Origin: a virus | Taxonomy: Duplodnaviria; Heunggongvirae; Uroviricota; Caudoviricetes | Reading direction: 5' to 3' (one strand) | IMG/VR virus record: IMGVR_UViG_2740892229_000020 | Length of the DNA stretch: 15,728 nt | Shown here: one piece after another, positions 6,593 to 13,262 of the stretch | Layout of the letters: every line of letters starts with the position of its first letter | How positions within the stretch are numbered: the first letter of the stretch is position 1 | Notes under the pieces: generated by a model | What the model saw: the letters and a program-made list of their open reading frames with translations, nothing else | What the model was told of the DNA's origin: nothing | The model's database searches: none | Position numbers and translations under genes: made by a program

Positions 6593-7291
6593 ATGAGTAC
6601 AGCACTCGCAACGCTGGCAGGGAAGCTGGCTGAACGTGTCGGCATGGATTCTGTCGACCCACAGGAACTGATCACCACTCTTCGCCAGACAGCATTTAAA
6701 GGCGATGCCAGCGATGCGCAGTTCATCGCATTGCTGATCGTCGCCAACCAATACGGCCTTAATCCGTGGACGAAAGAAATTTACGCCTTCCCTGATAAGC
6801 AGAACGGCATCGTTCCGGTGGTGGGCGTTGATGGCTGGTCCCGCATCATCAACGAAAACCAGCAGTTTGACGGCATGGACTTTGAACAGGACAACGAATC
6901 CTGCACATGCCGGATTTACCGCAAAGACCGCAATCATCCGATCTGCGTTACCGAGTGGATGGATGAATGCCGCCGCGAACCATTCAAAACCCGCGAAGGC
7001 AGAGAAATCACCGGACCGTGGCAGTCGCATCCCAAACGGATGTTACGGCATAAAGCCATGATTCAGTGTGCCCGTCTGGCCTTCGGATTTGCTGGTATCT
7101 ATGACAAGGATGAAGCCGAGCGCATTGTCGAAAATACCGCATACACCGCAGAACGTCAGCCGGAACGCGACATTACTCCGGTTAACGATGAAACCATGCA
7201 GGAGATTAACACTCTGCTGATTGCCCTGGACAAAACATGGGATGACGACTTATTGCCGCTCTGTTCCCAGATATTTCGCCGCGACATTCGC
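6593..7291 (+). CDS. bet: Bet (Red-beta), copy 2, truncated near its 3' end by the N run at 7292
   Basis: Same protein as copy 1 with scattered synonymous differences; extends 93 bp further than copy 1 before the N run. Confidence 0.85.
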
Positions 7292-7301
7292 NNNNNNNNN
7301 N
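7292..7301. other. Run of 10 N (assembly gap or masked junction)
   Basis: The 93 bp after the run (7302-7394) repeat the 93 bp before it (7199-7291) with a few substitutions. Confidence 0.95.
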
Positions 7302-7481
7302 CAGGAGATTAACACTCTGCTGATCGCCCTGGATAAAACATGGGATGACGACTTATTGCCGCTCTGTTCCCAGATATTTCGCCGCGACATTCGCGCATCG
7401 TCAGAACTGACACAGGCCGAAGCAGTGAAAGCTCTTGGATTCCTGAAACAGAAAGCCACTGAGCAGAAGGTGGCAGCATGA
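7302..7481 (+). CDS. bet: Bet 3'-terminal fragment (continues into exo)
   Basis: In-frame [59 protein letters not shown] ending at TGA 7479-7481, which overlaps the exo ATG at 7478 (ATGA). Confidence 0.75.
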   Translation, partial: QEINTLLIALDKTWDDDLLPLCSQIFRRDIRASSELTQAEAVKALGFLKQKATEQKVAA

Positions 7482-8158
7482 CACCGGACATTATCCTGCA
7501 GCGTACCGGGATCGACGTGAGAGCTGTCGAACAGGGGGATGATGCATGGCACAAATTACGGCTCGGCGTCATCACCGCTTCAGAAGTTCACAACGTGATA
7601 GCAAAGCCCCGCTCAGGAAAGAAGTGGCCTGACATGAAAATGTCCTACTTCCACACCCTGCTGGCTGAGGTTTGCACCGGTGTGGCTCCGGAAGTTAATG
7701 CTAAGGCGCTGGCCTGGGGAAAACAGTACGAGAACGACGCCAGAACCCTGTTTGAATTCACTTCCGGCGTGAATGTTACTGAATCCCCGATCATCTATCG
7801 CGACGAAAGTATGCGCACCGCCTGCTCTCCCGATGGTTTATGCAGTGACGGCAACGGCCTTGAACTGAAATGCCCGTTTACCTCCCGGGATTTCATGAAG
7901 TTCCGGCTCGGTGGTTTCGAGGCCATAAAGTCGGCTTACATGGCCCAGGTGCAGTACAGCATGTGGGTGACGCGAAAAGATGCCTGGTACTTTGCCAACT
8001 ATGACCCGCGTATGAAGCGTGAAGGCCTGCATTATGTCGTGATTGAGCGGAATGAAAAGTACATGGCGAATTTTGACGAGATGGTGCCGGAGTTCATCGA
8101 AAAAATGGACGTGGCACTGGCTGAAATTGGTTTTGTATTTGGGGAGCAATGGCGATGA
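7478..8158 (+). CDS. exo: Exo (Red-alpha 5'-3' exonuclease), 226 aa
   Basis: Full-length match to lambda exonuclease ([65 protein letters not shown]…GEQWR); ATGA overlap with bet. Confidence 0.92.
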   Translation: MTPDIILQRTGIDVRAVEQGDDAWHKLRLGVITASEVHNVIAKPRSGKKWPDMKMSYFHTLLAEVCTGVAPEVNAKALAWGKQYENDARTLFEFTSGVNVTESPIIYRDESMRTACSPDGLCSDGNGLELKCPFTSRDFMKFRLGGFEAIKSAYMAQVQYSMWVTRKDAWYFANYDPRMKREGLHYVVIERNEKYMANFDEMVPEFIEKMDVALAEIGFVFGEQWR

Positions 8159-8316
8159 AGCATCCTCACGATAATATCCGGGTAGGCGCGATCACTTTCA
8201 TCTACTCCGTTACAAAGCGAGGCTGGGTATTTCCCGGCCTTTCTGTTATCAGAAATCCACTGAAAGCACAGCGGCTGGCTGAGGCGATAAATAATAAACG
8301 GGGGCTGTATGACTGA
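8155..8316 (+). CDS. Small protein, lambda orf60a-like with an altered C-terminus (53 aa)
   Basis: ATG 8155 overlaps the exo stop (ATGA). [53 protein letters not shown]; the first ~47 residues match the 60-aa orf60a-like ORF at 9389..9571. Confidence 0.5.
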   Translation: MKHPHDNIRVGAITFIYSVTKRGWVFPGLSVIRNPLKAQRLAEAINNKRGLYD

Positions 8317-8866
8317 TTTCACCGGAAGCAATACTCCTGCCGAACATCGCGACAGCTGGCGCACACCACCAGAGATTTTTGCTGCGCTTAATGCAGAGTT
8401 CGTTTTTCAACTTGATGCTGCCGCCAGCGAAAAAAACCGACTATGTCGGCTTTTTATCTCACAGGAGCAGAACACATTAACCACTTCATGGCCTGAAGCA
8501 ATGGGATATGCCTCTGGTTATGTCTGGTTGAATCCACCATACAGCAATATTTCCCCTTTTGTGAAAAAGGCAGCCACTGAAAACAAATTCAGTAGTGTGG
8601 GATGTGTAATGTTATTGCCTGCTGACACATCTGTCGGATGGTTTCATGAAGCGATACAAACCGCCAGTGAGGTCAGATTCATCACGGCAGGACGACTGGC
8701 ATTTATTAACCCACTCACTGAGAAACCCGTCAGTGGAAATAATAAAGGCTCGATGCTCATTATCTGGCACCCATACCCCCGTACACACTGCCACTTTACG
8801 ACCGTTGATCGTGGAGAGTTGATGGCGTTCGGCTCAAGGATTCTTGCCCGTCGGGAGGCTGCATGA
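8309..8866 (+). CDS. Phage-type DNA N6-adenine methyltransferase (Dam family), 185 aa
   Basis: Catalytic NPPY motif (YVWLNPPYSN). Size and overall sequence character fit the small phage Dam N6-A methyltransferase family. Start overlaps the upstream ORF. Confidence 0.75.
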   Translation: MTDFTGSNTPAEHRDSWRTPPEIFAALNAEFVFQLDAAASEKNRLCRLFISQEQNTLTTSWPEAMGYASGYVWLNPPYSNISPFVKKAATENKFSSVGCVMLLPADTSVGWFHEAIQTASEVRFITAGRLAFINPLTEKPVSGNNKGSMLIIWHPYPRTHCHFTTVDRGELMAFGSRILARREAA

Positions 8867-8942
8867 CAACCACGGAATGCATTTTTCTGGCAGCGGGCTT
8901 CATATTCTGTGTGCTTATGCTTGCCGACATGGGACTTGTTCA

Positions 8943-9158
8943 ATGACACCTCAGCAGGAAAACGCCCTTCGCAGCATTGCCCGTCAGGCTAATTCTGAAA
9001 TCAAAAAAGCCAGACAGCAGTTTCCGGATAAAAACGTCGATGACATTTGCCGTAGCGTACTAAAGAAGCACCGCGAAACGGTAACGCTGATGGGATTCAC
9101 ACCGACTCATTTAAGCCTGGCGATCGGCATGTTAAACGGCGTCTTTAAGGAACGGTGA
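8943..9158 (+). CDS. Hypothetical early-left protein, 71 aa (lambda orf61 region)
   Basis: MTPQQENALRSIARQANSEIKKARQQFPDKNVDDICRSVLKKHRETVTLMGFTPTHLSLAIGMLNGVFKER; present identically in both cassette variants (second copy inside 9716..10027). An N-terminal extension from an upstream start (TTG 8844) is possible. Confidence 0.55.
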   Translation: MTPQQENALRSIARQANSEIKKARQQFPDKNVDDICRSVLKKHRETVTLMGFTPTHLSLAIGMLNGVFKER

Positions 9159-9180
9159 ACATGAAAAGCAAAATCATCAG

Positions 9181-9204
9181 GGAGCTACAGGCTCCTTTTT
9201 TATT
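9181..9204 (+). terminator. Candidate intrinsic terminator (tL-like) inside the early-left operon
   Basis: Stem GGAGC (9181-9185) / GCTCC (9191-9195), loop TACAG, then TTTTTTATT. Confidence 0.45.
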
Positions 9205-9265
9205 GTTCGCATTCATCCTCAAGCGTATTAACCAACAATTCAGGGATTAATGGAAGATGGCAGAC

Positions 9266-9275
9266 NNNNNNNNNN
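9266..9275. other. Run of 10 N (assembly gap or masked junction)
   Basis: Sequence before the run ends at …TGGAAGATGGCAGAC, which recurs at 10118-10135; sequence after the run restarts inside the exo 3' end. Confidence 0.95.
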
Positions 9276-9392
9276 GTTGAGCGGGATGAAAAGTACATAG
9301 CGAGTTTTGACGAGATGGTGCCGGAGTTCATCGAAAAAATGGACGAGGCACTGGCTGAAATTGGTTTTGTATTTGGGGAGCAATGGCGATGA
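9276..9392 (+). CDS. exo: Exo 3'-terminal fragment (second allele; redundant with 8042-8158)
   Basis: In-frame [38 protein letters not shown] followed by TGA 9390-9392. Confidence 0.6.
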   Translation, partial: VERDEKYIASFDEMVPEFIEKMDEALAEIGFVFGEQWR

Positions 9393-9571
9393 CGCATCCT
9401 CACGATAATATCCGGGTAGGCGCGATTACTTTCGTCTACTCCGTTACAAAGCGAGGCTGGGTATTTCCCGGCCTTTCTGTTATCCGAAATCCACTGAAAG
9501 CACAGCGGCTGGCTGAGGAGATAAATAATAAACGAGGGGCTGTATGCACAAAGCATCTCCTGTTGAGTTAA
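9389..9571 (+). CDS. Lambda orf60a-like protein, 60 aa
   Basis: ATG overlaps the exo stop (ATGA). [60 protein letters not shown] matches my recall of lambda orf60a. Confidence 0.65.
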   Translation: MTHPHDNIRVGAITFVYSVTKRGWVFPGLSVIRNPLKAQRLAEEINNKRGAVCTKHLLLS

Positions 9572-9735
9572 GAACGAGTATCGAGATGGCACATAGCCTC
9601 GCTCAAATTGGAGTCAGGTTTGTGCCAATACCAGTAGAAACAGACGAAGAATTTCATACGTTAGCCGCATCCCTTTCACAAAAGCTGGAAATGATGGTGG
9701 CGAAAGCAGAAGCAGATGAGAGAGACCAGGTATGA
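9544..9735 (+). CDS. Lambda orf63-like protein, 63 aa
   Basis: 63-codon ORF overlapping the orf60a 3' end and overlapped by the next ORF by 20 nt, which is the arrangement I recall for orf63/orf61 in lambda. Confidence 0.65.
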   Translation: MHKASPVELRTSIEMAHSLAQIGVRFVPIPVETDEEFHTLAASLSQKLEMMVAKAEADERDQV

Positions 9736-10027
9736 CAACCACGGAATGCATTTTTCTGGCAGCGGGCTTCATATTTTGTGTGCTTATGCTTGCCGACATG
9801 GGACTTGTTCAATGACACCTCAGCAAGAAAACGCCCTTCGCAGCATTGCCCGTCTGGCTAACTCTGAAATCAAAAAAGCCAGACAGCAGTTTCCGGATAA
9901 AAACGTCGATGACATTTGCCGTAGCGTACTAAAGAAGCACCGCGAAACGGTAACGCTGATGGGATTCACACCGACTCATTTAAGTCTGGCGATCGGCATG
10001 TTAAACGGCGTCTTTAAGGAGCGATGA
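9716..10027 (+). CDS. Hypothetical early-left protein (lambda orf61 region), 103 aa from ATG 9716; shares its C-terminal 71 aa with 8943..9158
   Basis: ATG 9716 lies 20 nt before the orf63 stop. An alternative shorter start is MTPQQ at 9812, which has a GGGA Shine-Dalgarno-like element. Confidence 0.55.
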   Translation: MRETRYDNHGMHFSGSGLHILCAYACRHGTCSMTPQQENALRSIARLANSEIKKARQQFPDKNVDDICRSVLKKHRETVTLMGFTPTHLSLAIGMLNGVFKER

Positions 10028-10049
10028 ACATGAAAAGCAAAATCATCAG

Positions 10050-10073
10050 GGAGCTACAGGCTCCTTTTTTATT
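10050..10073 (+). terminator. Candidate intrinsic terminator (second copy of the 9181..9204 hairpin)
   Basis: GGAGC (10050-10054), loop TACAG, GCTCC (10060-10064), then TTTTTTATT. Confidence 0.45.
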
Positions 10074-10125
10074 GTTCGCATTCACCCTCAAGCGTATTAA
10101 CCAACAATTCAGGGATTAATGGAAG

Positions 10126-10347
10126 ATGGCAGACATCATTGATTCAGCATCAGAAATTGAAGAATTACAGCGCAACACAGCAATAAAAATGCGCCGCCTG
10201 AACCACCAGGCTATATCTGCCACTCATTGTTGTGAGTGTGGCGATCCGATAGATGAACGAAGACGCCTGGTCGTTCAGGGTTGTCGGACTTGTGCAAGTT
10301 GCCAGGAGGATCTGGAGCTTATCAGTAAACAGAGAGGTTCGAAGTGA
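10126..10347 (+). CDS. TraR/DksA-family C4 zinc-finger protein (lambda orf73-like), 73 aa
   Basis: Four-cysteine motif CCECGDPIDERRR…GCRTCASCQ with TraR-like size and spacing. Lambda orf73 is a TraR homologue from memory. Confidence 0.75.
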   Translation: MADIIDSASEIEELQRNTAIKMRRLNHQAISATHCCECGDPIDERRRLVVQGCRTCASCQEDLELISKQRGSK

Positions 10348-10760
10348 GCGAAATTAACTCTCAGGCACTGCGTGAGGCGGCAGTAGCAATTGAAACAGTA
10401 GCAACGCCTCAAAAATTGCTGGCATTTCGTATGAAAGTCACACCTCAGGTTGTGCTGGCACTGCTGGATGAACGGGAAAGAAACCAGCAATACATCAAAC
10501 GCCGCGACCAAGAGAACGAGGATATTGCGTTAACGGTAGGGAAGTTGCGCGTTGAGCTTGAGGCAGAAAAACAGCGGGCAAAGGATCTGTTTATGGAAAA
10601 TGCTCGGCTTAAGTCAGGTATAGCCGGTCTGATACACCTCGGTATTCGATATGCAGATGTTGAGGTCATGAGAATTGCTGGAGATGCCCAGCTTTCTACC
10701 CCATGCACTGACAGCATCATAAACAGCATTGCAACAGGCATTCGCATCAAAGGAGAGTGA
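10344..10760 (+). CDS. Ead/Ea22-like protein (138 aa)
   Basis: GTG start overlapping the upstream stop (GTGA). N-terminus MSEINSQALREAA…, LDERERNQQYIKRRDQENEDIALTVGKLRVELEAEKQ coiled-coil segment and C-terminal …GIRIKGE are typical of Ead/Ea22-like prophage proteins as I recall them. Confidence 0.55.
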   Translation: MSEINSQALREAAVAIETVATPQKLLAFRMKVTPQVVLALLDERERNQQYIKRRDQENEDIALTVGKLRVELEAEKQRAKDLFMENARLKSGIAGLIHLGIRYADVEVMRIAGDAQLSTPCTDSIINSIATGIRIKGE

Positions 10761-10761
10761 T

Positions 10762-11427
10762 ATGAGCGCTATAACCAAAGAACGTATCAAATTATTCATT
10801 AAAAATCCGCTTGATAACGGACTTACTCGTGGCGAACAAATGGAACTGGCACGAATTGCACTGGCATCACTGGAACGCGAACAGATTCGCCACGAGCATG
10901 CCAAATGGTCTGACTCCACATTTGGCTGCGTTGGCCCCATTGGTCCGCTGAAACATCTCTCAAAAGAGGCACTGGAAGCCGCAGCCGAACCTGACGATCT
11001 CAGCGAGTGGGCTGATATGCAGTTCCTGTTGTGGGATGCACAGCGCCGTGCTGGTATCAGTGATGCTGAAATTACCGCTGCTATGGAAAATAAATTGAAG
11101 ATCAACATGGAGCGCCAGTGGCCTGAACCAAAAGATGGTGAGCCTCGTTTGCACATTAAAGAACCCGGCAACTCTCCGGTAACTCCGGATGGTTGGATAA
11201 GCTGTAGTGAGCGAATGCCTGAAATGGGAGAGCGACAATGCTATGTGTTAGCAGCTGACTTTAAAAACAACTACCCACCAAACATCCCCAACACTCAGGT
11301 CGGCGTATATGGCGACTGGTTTAATGATGGCAAGCCCACTTGGGATGACGGTGATGGCGAAGACCTGTATCTCAAAGAGGTAACCCACTGGATGCAGCTA
11401 CCAGAACCGCCGCAGGAGGTGAAATGA
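10762..11427 (+). CDS. DUF551-like prophage protein (221 aa)
   Basis: AGGAG 6 nt upstream of ATG 10762. C-terminal segment …CYVLAADFKNNYPPNIPNTQVGVYGDWFNDGKPTWDDGDGEDLYLKEVTHWMQLPEPPQ matches the characteristic DUF551 C-terminus from memory. Confidence 0.65.
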   Translation: MSAITKERIKLFIKNPLDNGLTRGEQMELARIALASLEREQIRHEHAKWSDSTFGCVGPIGPLKHLSKEALEAAAEPDDLSEWADMQFLLWDAQRRAGISDAEITAAMENKLKINMERQWPEPKDGEPRLHIKEPGNSPVTPDGWISCSERMPEMGERQCYVLAADFKNNYPPNIPNTQVGVYGDWFNDGKPTWDDGDGEDLYLKEVTHWMQLPEPPQEVK

Positions 11428-11510
11428 TGAATTGGCCTGAAGCATTCACCGCAGTTGGAGTTGCAATAGCGGTGGCATTTATTCTGTATTCGCTTTTCCG
11501 CTGGGGATAA
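11424..11510 (+). CDS. Small hydrophobic peptide (28 aa), predicted single transmembrane helix
   Basis: Strong Shine-Dalgarno AGGAGG (11414-11419) 4 nt upstream; ATG overlaps the upstream stop (ATGA). MMNWPEAFTAVGVAIAVAFILYSLFRWG. Below the ORF-track size cutoff. Confidence 0.5.
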   Translation: MMNWPEAFTAVGVAIAVAFILYSLFRWG

Positions 11511-11514
11511 AGGA

Positions 11515-11757
11515 ATGTTCGCTCTGATTCAACGTGGTCAGATATACACGGACAGAGCCGGATACCCTGTGGTGATTACTCGCAGTACTCAGCACTCAGT
11601 GTTCTTTCGACGCATGGACGGGCGCTCCGGACGGGTACGCATTGGTGAGTTCAACAACCTGTTCGAACATATTGACCAACAGGAGTACCGCAAAATTCTG
11701 GCGGGCACTGAGCAGGAAATGCGCCTGAAAAAATTACGCGCAATGCAACGGAGGTGA
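11515..11757 (+). CDS. Hypothetical protein, 80 aa (possibly DUF4222-like)
   Basis: Complete ORF in the early-left gene string; MFALIQRGQIYTDRAGYPVVITRSTQHSVFFRRMDGRSGRVRIGEFNNLFEHIDQQEYRKILAGTEQEMRLKKLRAMQRR. Family call is a weak recollection. Confidence 0.55.
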   Translation: MFALIQRGQIYTDRAGYPVVITRSTQHSVFFRRMDGRSGRVRIGEFNNLFEHIDQQEYRKILAGTEQEMRLKKLRAMQRR

Positions 11758-11783
11758 TACATGCATACGGCTTTTGAGTTCTG

Positions 11784-11793
11784 NNNNNNNNNN
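11784..11793. other. Run of 10 N (assembly gap or masked junction)
   Basis: Interrupts an ORF that begins at ATG 11761 (MHTAFEF…) and resumes in-frame sequence after the run. Confidence 0.95.
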
Positions 11794-11794
11794 A

Positions 11795-11878
11795 GAAGCC
11801 AAAGATAAAATCATCGCTGAGCAGGAGAAAATCGCTAACGGAGAAAAGACAGTAAGTCAGTATATGAAAACCGCATGA
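11795..11878 (+). CDS. 3'-terminal fragment of a hypothetical gene (possibly ea8.5-like), probably the same gene that starts at 11761 before the N run
   Basis: In-frame …EAKDKIIAEQEKIANGEKTVSQYMKTA ending at TGA 11876-11878. The ea8.5 assignment is positional only. Confidence 0.35.
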   Translation, partial: EAKDKIIAEQEKIANGEKTVSQYMKTA

Positions 11879-11933
11879 TATCATCAGATAAAAATCGGTC
11901 GTAAAGCGAAATATTAATACCAGAACAAACGAG

Positions 11934-11957
11934 TCGAGGTAAATTATATTACCTCGA
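11934..11957 (-). terminator. Candidate terminator hairpin downstream of the minus-strand membrane-protein gene
   Basis: Perfect 9-bp inverted repeat TCGAGGTAA (11934-11942) / TTACCTCGA (11949-11957) with a 6-nt loop; a U-rich tract follows on the minus strand (CTCGTTTGTTCTG). Confidence 0.35.
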
Positions 11958-11991
11958 TAAATTAACTAAAACTTGCCCGCTATATACTATA

Positions 11992-12594
11992 TCATTCAGT
12001 ATCATCACGCGCGGTCTGTGCATATGTCACTACCGCACCTAATATATTAATTTTCTTTTCAACATAGATAATATTATCGTACTCATAATTGCCATACGGA
12101 TAGCAAATGCGAATATTCTCATGTAGTTCGGGGTCATCCACCTCAGCTCCAGAACAACTTTTTGAACTACCGGAAGTATACCGATACGGTGCAACATAAG
12201 ACGATGTCTCTCCAGGCAAAAAATAAGTTAGTGTCGTAAGGGGTATAATCAGAAAAAATCCAGCAAATATGCACATCCCTGCATAAACCTTAAGGTATGC
12301 TGACAGACTCTTCCAGCCTCTTTGTTTTACTATCCCCTTCTTAACCCAAAACAGAGATAACAGAAAAGCTATTCCCATGCTAAACAGAATGTAATAGTGG
12401 GATATACTCTGATTAAGAAACGTGACCCTGTAGATATCTGCCCGCCACCAGAAGAAAAGGAAAATAAAGATCAGCCCTGAAACTGTCATGCAAATCAAAT
12501 AAGGATACGAATCTTTTTTCATGTTTAGCGCCCATAAAATTTTTCCTGACCCGGACAAATTTACCATCCATTTTTTGCGCAGAAAATAGCTCAT
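11992..12594 (-). CDS. Predicted integral membrane protein (about 3 TM helices plus a C-terminal soluble domain), AT-rich reverse-oriented accessory gene
   Basis: Minus-strand ORF of 200 aa (176 aa if the start is the internal Met at 12520-12522). Hydrophobic segments YLICMTVSGLIFIFLFFWW, YYILFSMGIAFLLSLFWV and VYAGMCIFAGFFLIIPLTTLTYFL. Opposite orientation to all surrounding phage genes and markedly AT-rich. Confidence 0.6.
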   Translation of the reverse strand: MSYFLRKKWMVNLSGSGKILWALNMKKDSYPYLICMTVSGLIFIFLFFWWRADIYRVTFLNQSISHYYILFSMGIAFLLSLFWVKKGIVKQRGWKSLSAYLKVYAGMCIFAGFFLIIPLTTLTYFLPGETSSYVAPYRYTSGSSKSCSGAEVDDPELHENIRICYPYGNYEYDNIIYVEKKINILGAVVTYAQTARDDTE

Positions 12595-12836
12595 TACTTA
12601 CTGCACAATAATACACAAAATTGCGTAAATTTTTTGCATGGATTTTAGCTCTTTCAGCCGAAATTTAAGGGGTAAATAGCATTTCCTAAAAGCAACTGCA
12701 CCAACCCAACAGAATGGGCTACCGCTTACGTTGAGAGCAAAAAAGTGTATAGCAGCAATGAACAGCATCCTCGCACTGACGAGGATTTCTTTTATCTGAA
12801 CTCGCTACGGCGGGTTTTGTTTTATGGAGATGATAA

Positions 12837-13004
12837 ATGCACTTCCGAGTCACAGGTGAATGGAATGGAGAACCATTCAACAGAGTTATCGAAGCCGAGA
12901 ACATCAGCGACTGCTATGACCACTGGATGCTGTGGGCGCAGATAGCACATGCAGACGTAACCAATATTCGAATTGAAGAACTGAAAGAACACCAAGCCGC
13001 CTGA
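12837..13004 (+). CDS. Lambda orf55-like small protein (55 aa) just upstream of xis
   Basis: GGAGA 7 nt upstream of ATG 12837; MHFRVTGEWNGEPFNRVIEAENISDCYDHWMLWAQIAHADVTNIRIEELKEHQAA; followed by a terminator hairpin. Below the ORF-track cutoff. Confidence 0.55.
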   Translation: MHFRVTGEWNGEPFNRVIEAENISDCYDHWMLWAQIAHADVTNIRIEELKEHQAA

Positions 13005-13017
13005 TGGCGGTTTTTTC
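12994..13017 (+). terminator. Rho-independent terminator after the orf55-like gene
   Basis: Stem AAGCCGCC (12994-13001) / GGCGGTT, loop TGAT, then a T-tract (13011-13016). Confidence 0.6.
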
Positions 13018-13043
13018 TTGCGTGTAATTGCGGAGACTTTGCG

Positions 13044-13262
13044 ATGTACTTGACACTTCAGGAGTGGAACGCACGCCAGCGACGCCCAAGAAGCCTTGAA
13101 ACAGTTCGTCGATGGGTACGCGAGTGCAGGATATTCCCTCCTCCGGTTAAGGATGGAAGAGAGTATCTGTTCCACGAATCAGCGGTAAAGGTTGACTTAA
13201 ATCGACCAGTAACAGGTAGCCTTTTGAAGAGGATCAGAAATGGGAAGAAGGCGAAGTCATGA
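13044..13262 (+). CDS. xis: Excisionase Xis (72 aa)
   Basis: MYLTLQEWNARQRRPRSLETVRRWVRECRIFPPPVKDGREYLFHESAVKVDLNRPVTGSLLKRIRNGKKAKS matches lambda Xis; overlaps the int start by 23 nt as in lambda. Confidence 0.92.
   Translation: MYLTLQEWNARQRRPRSLETVRRWVRECRIFPPPVKDGREYLFHESAVKVDLNRPVTGSLLKRIRNGKKAKS

Noticed and set aside
5778-7030. Minus-strand ORFs antisense to bet (5778..6050, 6034..6333, 6485..7030, 6547..6747) and the plus-strand alternative-frame ORFs 6044..6364 and 6828..7061
   Set aside because: They lie entirely within, or antisense to, a full-length and confidently identified bet gene and have no start signals of their own. They are by-products of the long coding frame and are duplicated only because bet is duplicated across the N runs.
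4607-7481. Reading the two gam copies and two bet copies as a genuine tandem duplication of the Red recombination module
   Set aside because: Every copy boundary coincides with a run of exactly 10 N, and the copies are truncated at those runs. This is most simply explained by concatenation of redundant or allelic contigs.
10614-11238. 185-aa and 92-aa minus-strand ORFs (10614..11171, 10960..11238) plus 10445..10750
   Set aside because: Antisense to the Ea22-like and DUF551-like genes, which have good starts and coupling; no ribosome-binding site; the products are serine/cysteine-rich and low in complexity.
12719-13175. ORFs 12719..12904 (-), 12745..12945 (+), 12822..13175 (-) and 12904..13089 (-)
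   Set aside because: They overlap the orf55-like gene (good ribosome-binding site and terminator) and xis in other frames or on the other strand, and lack start signals.
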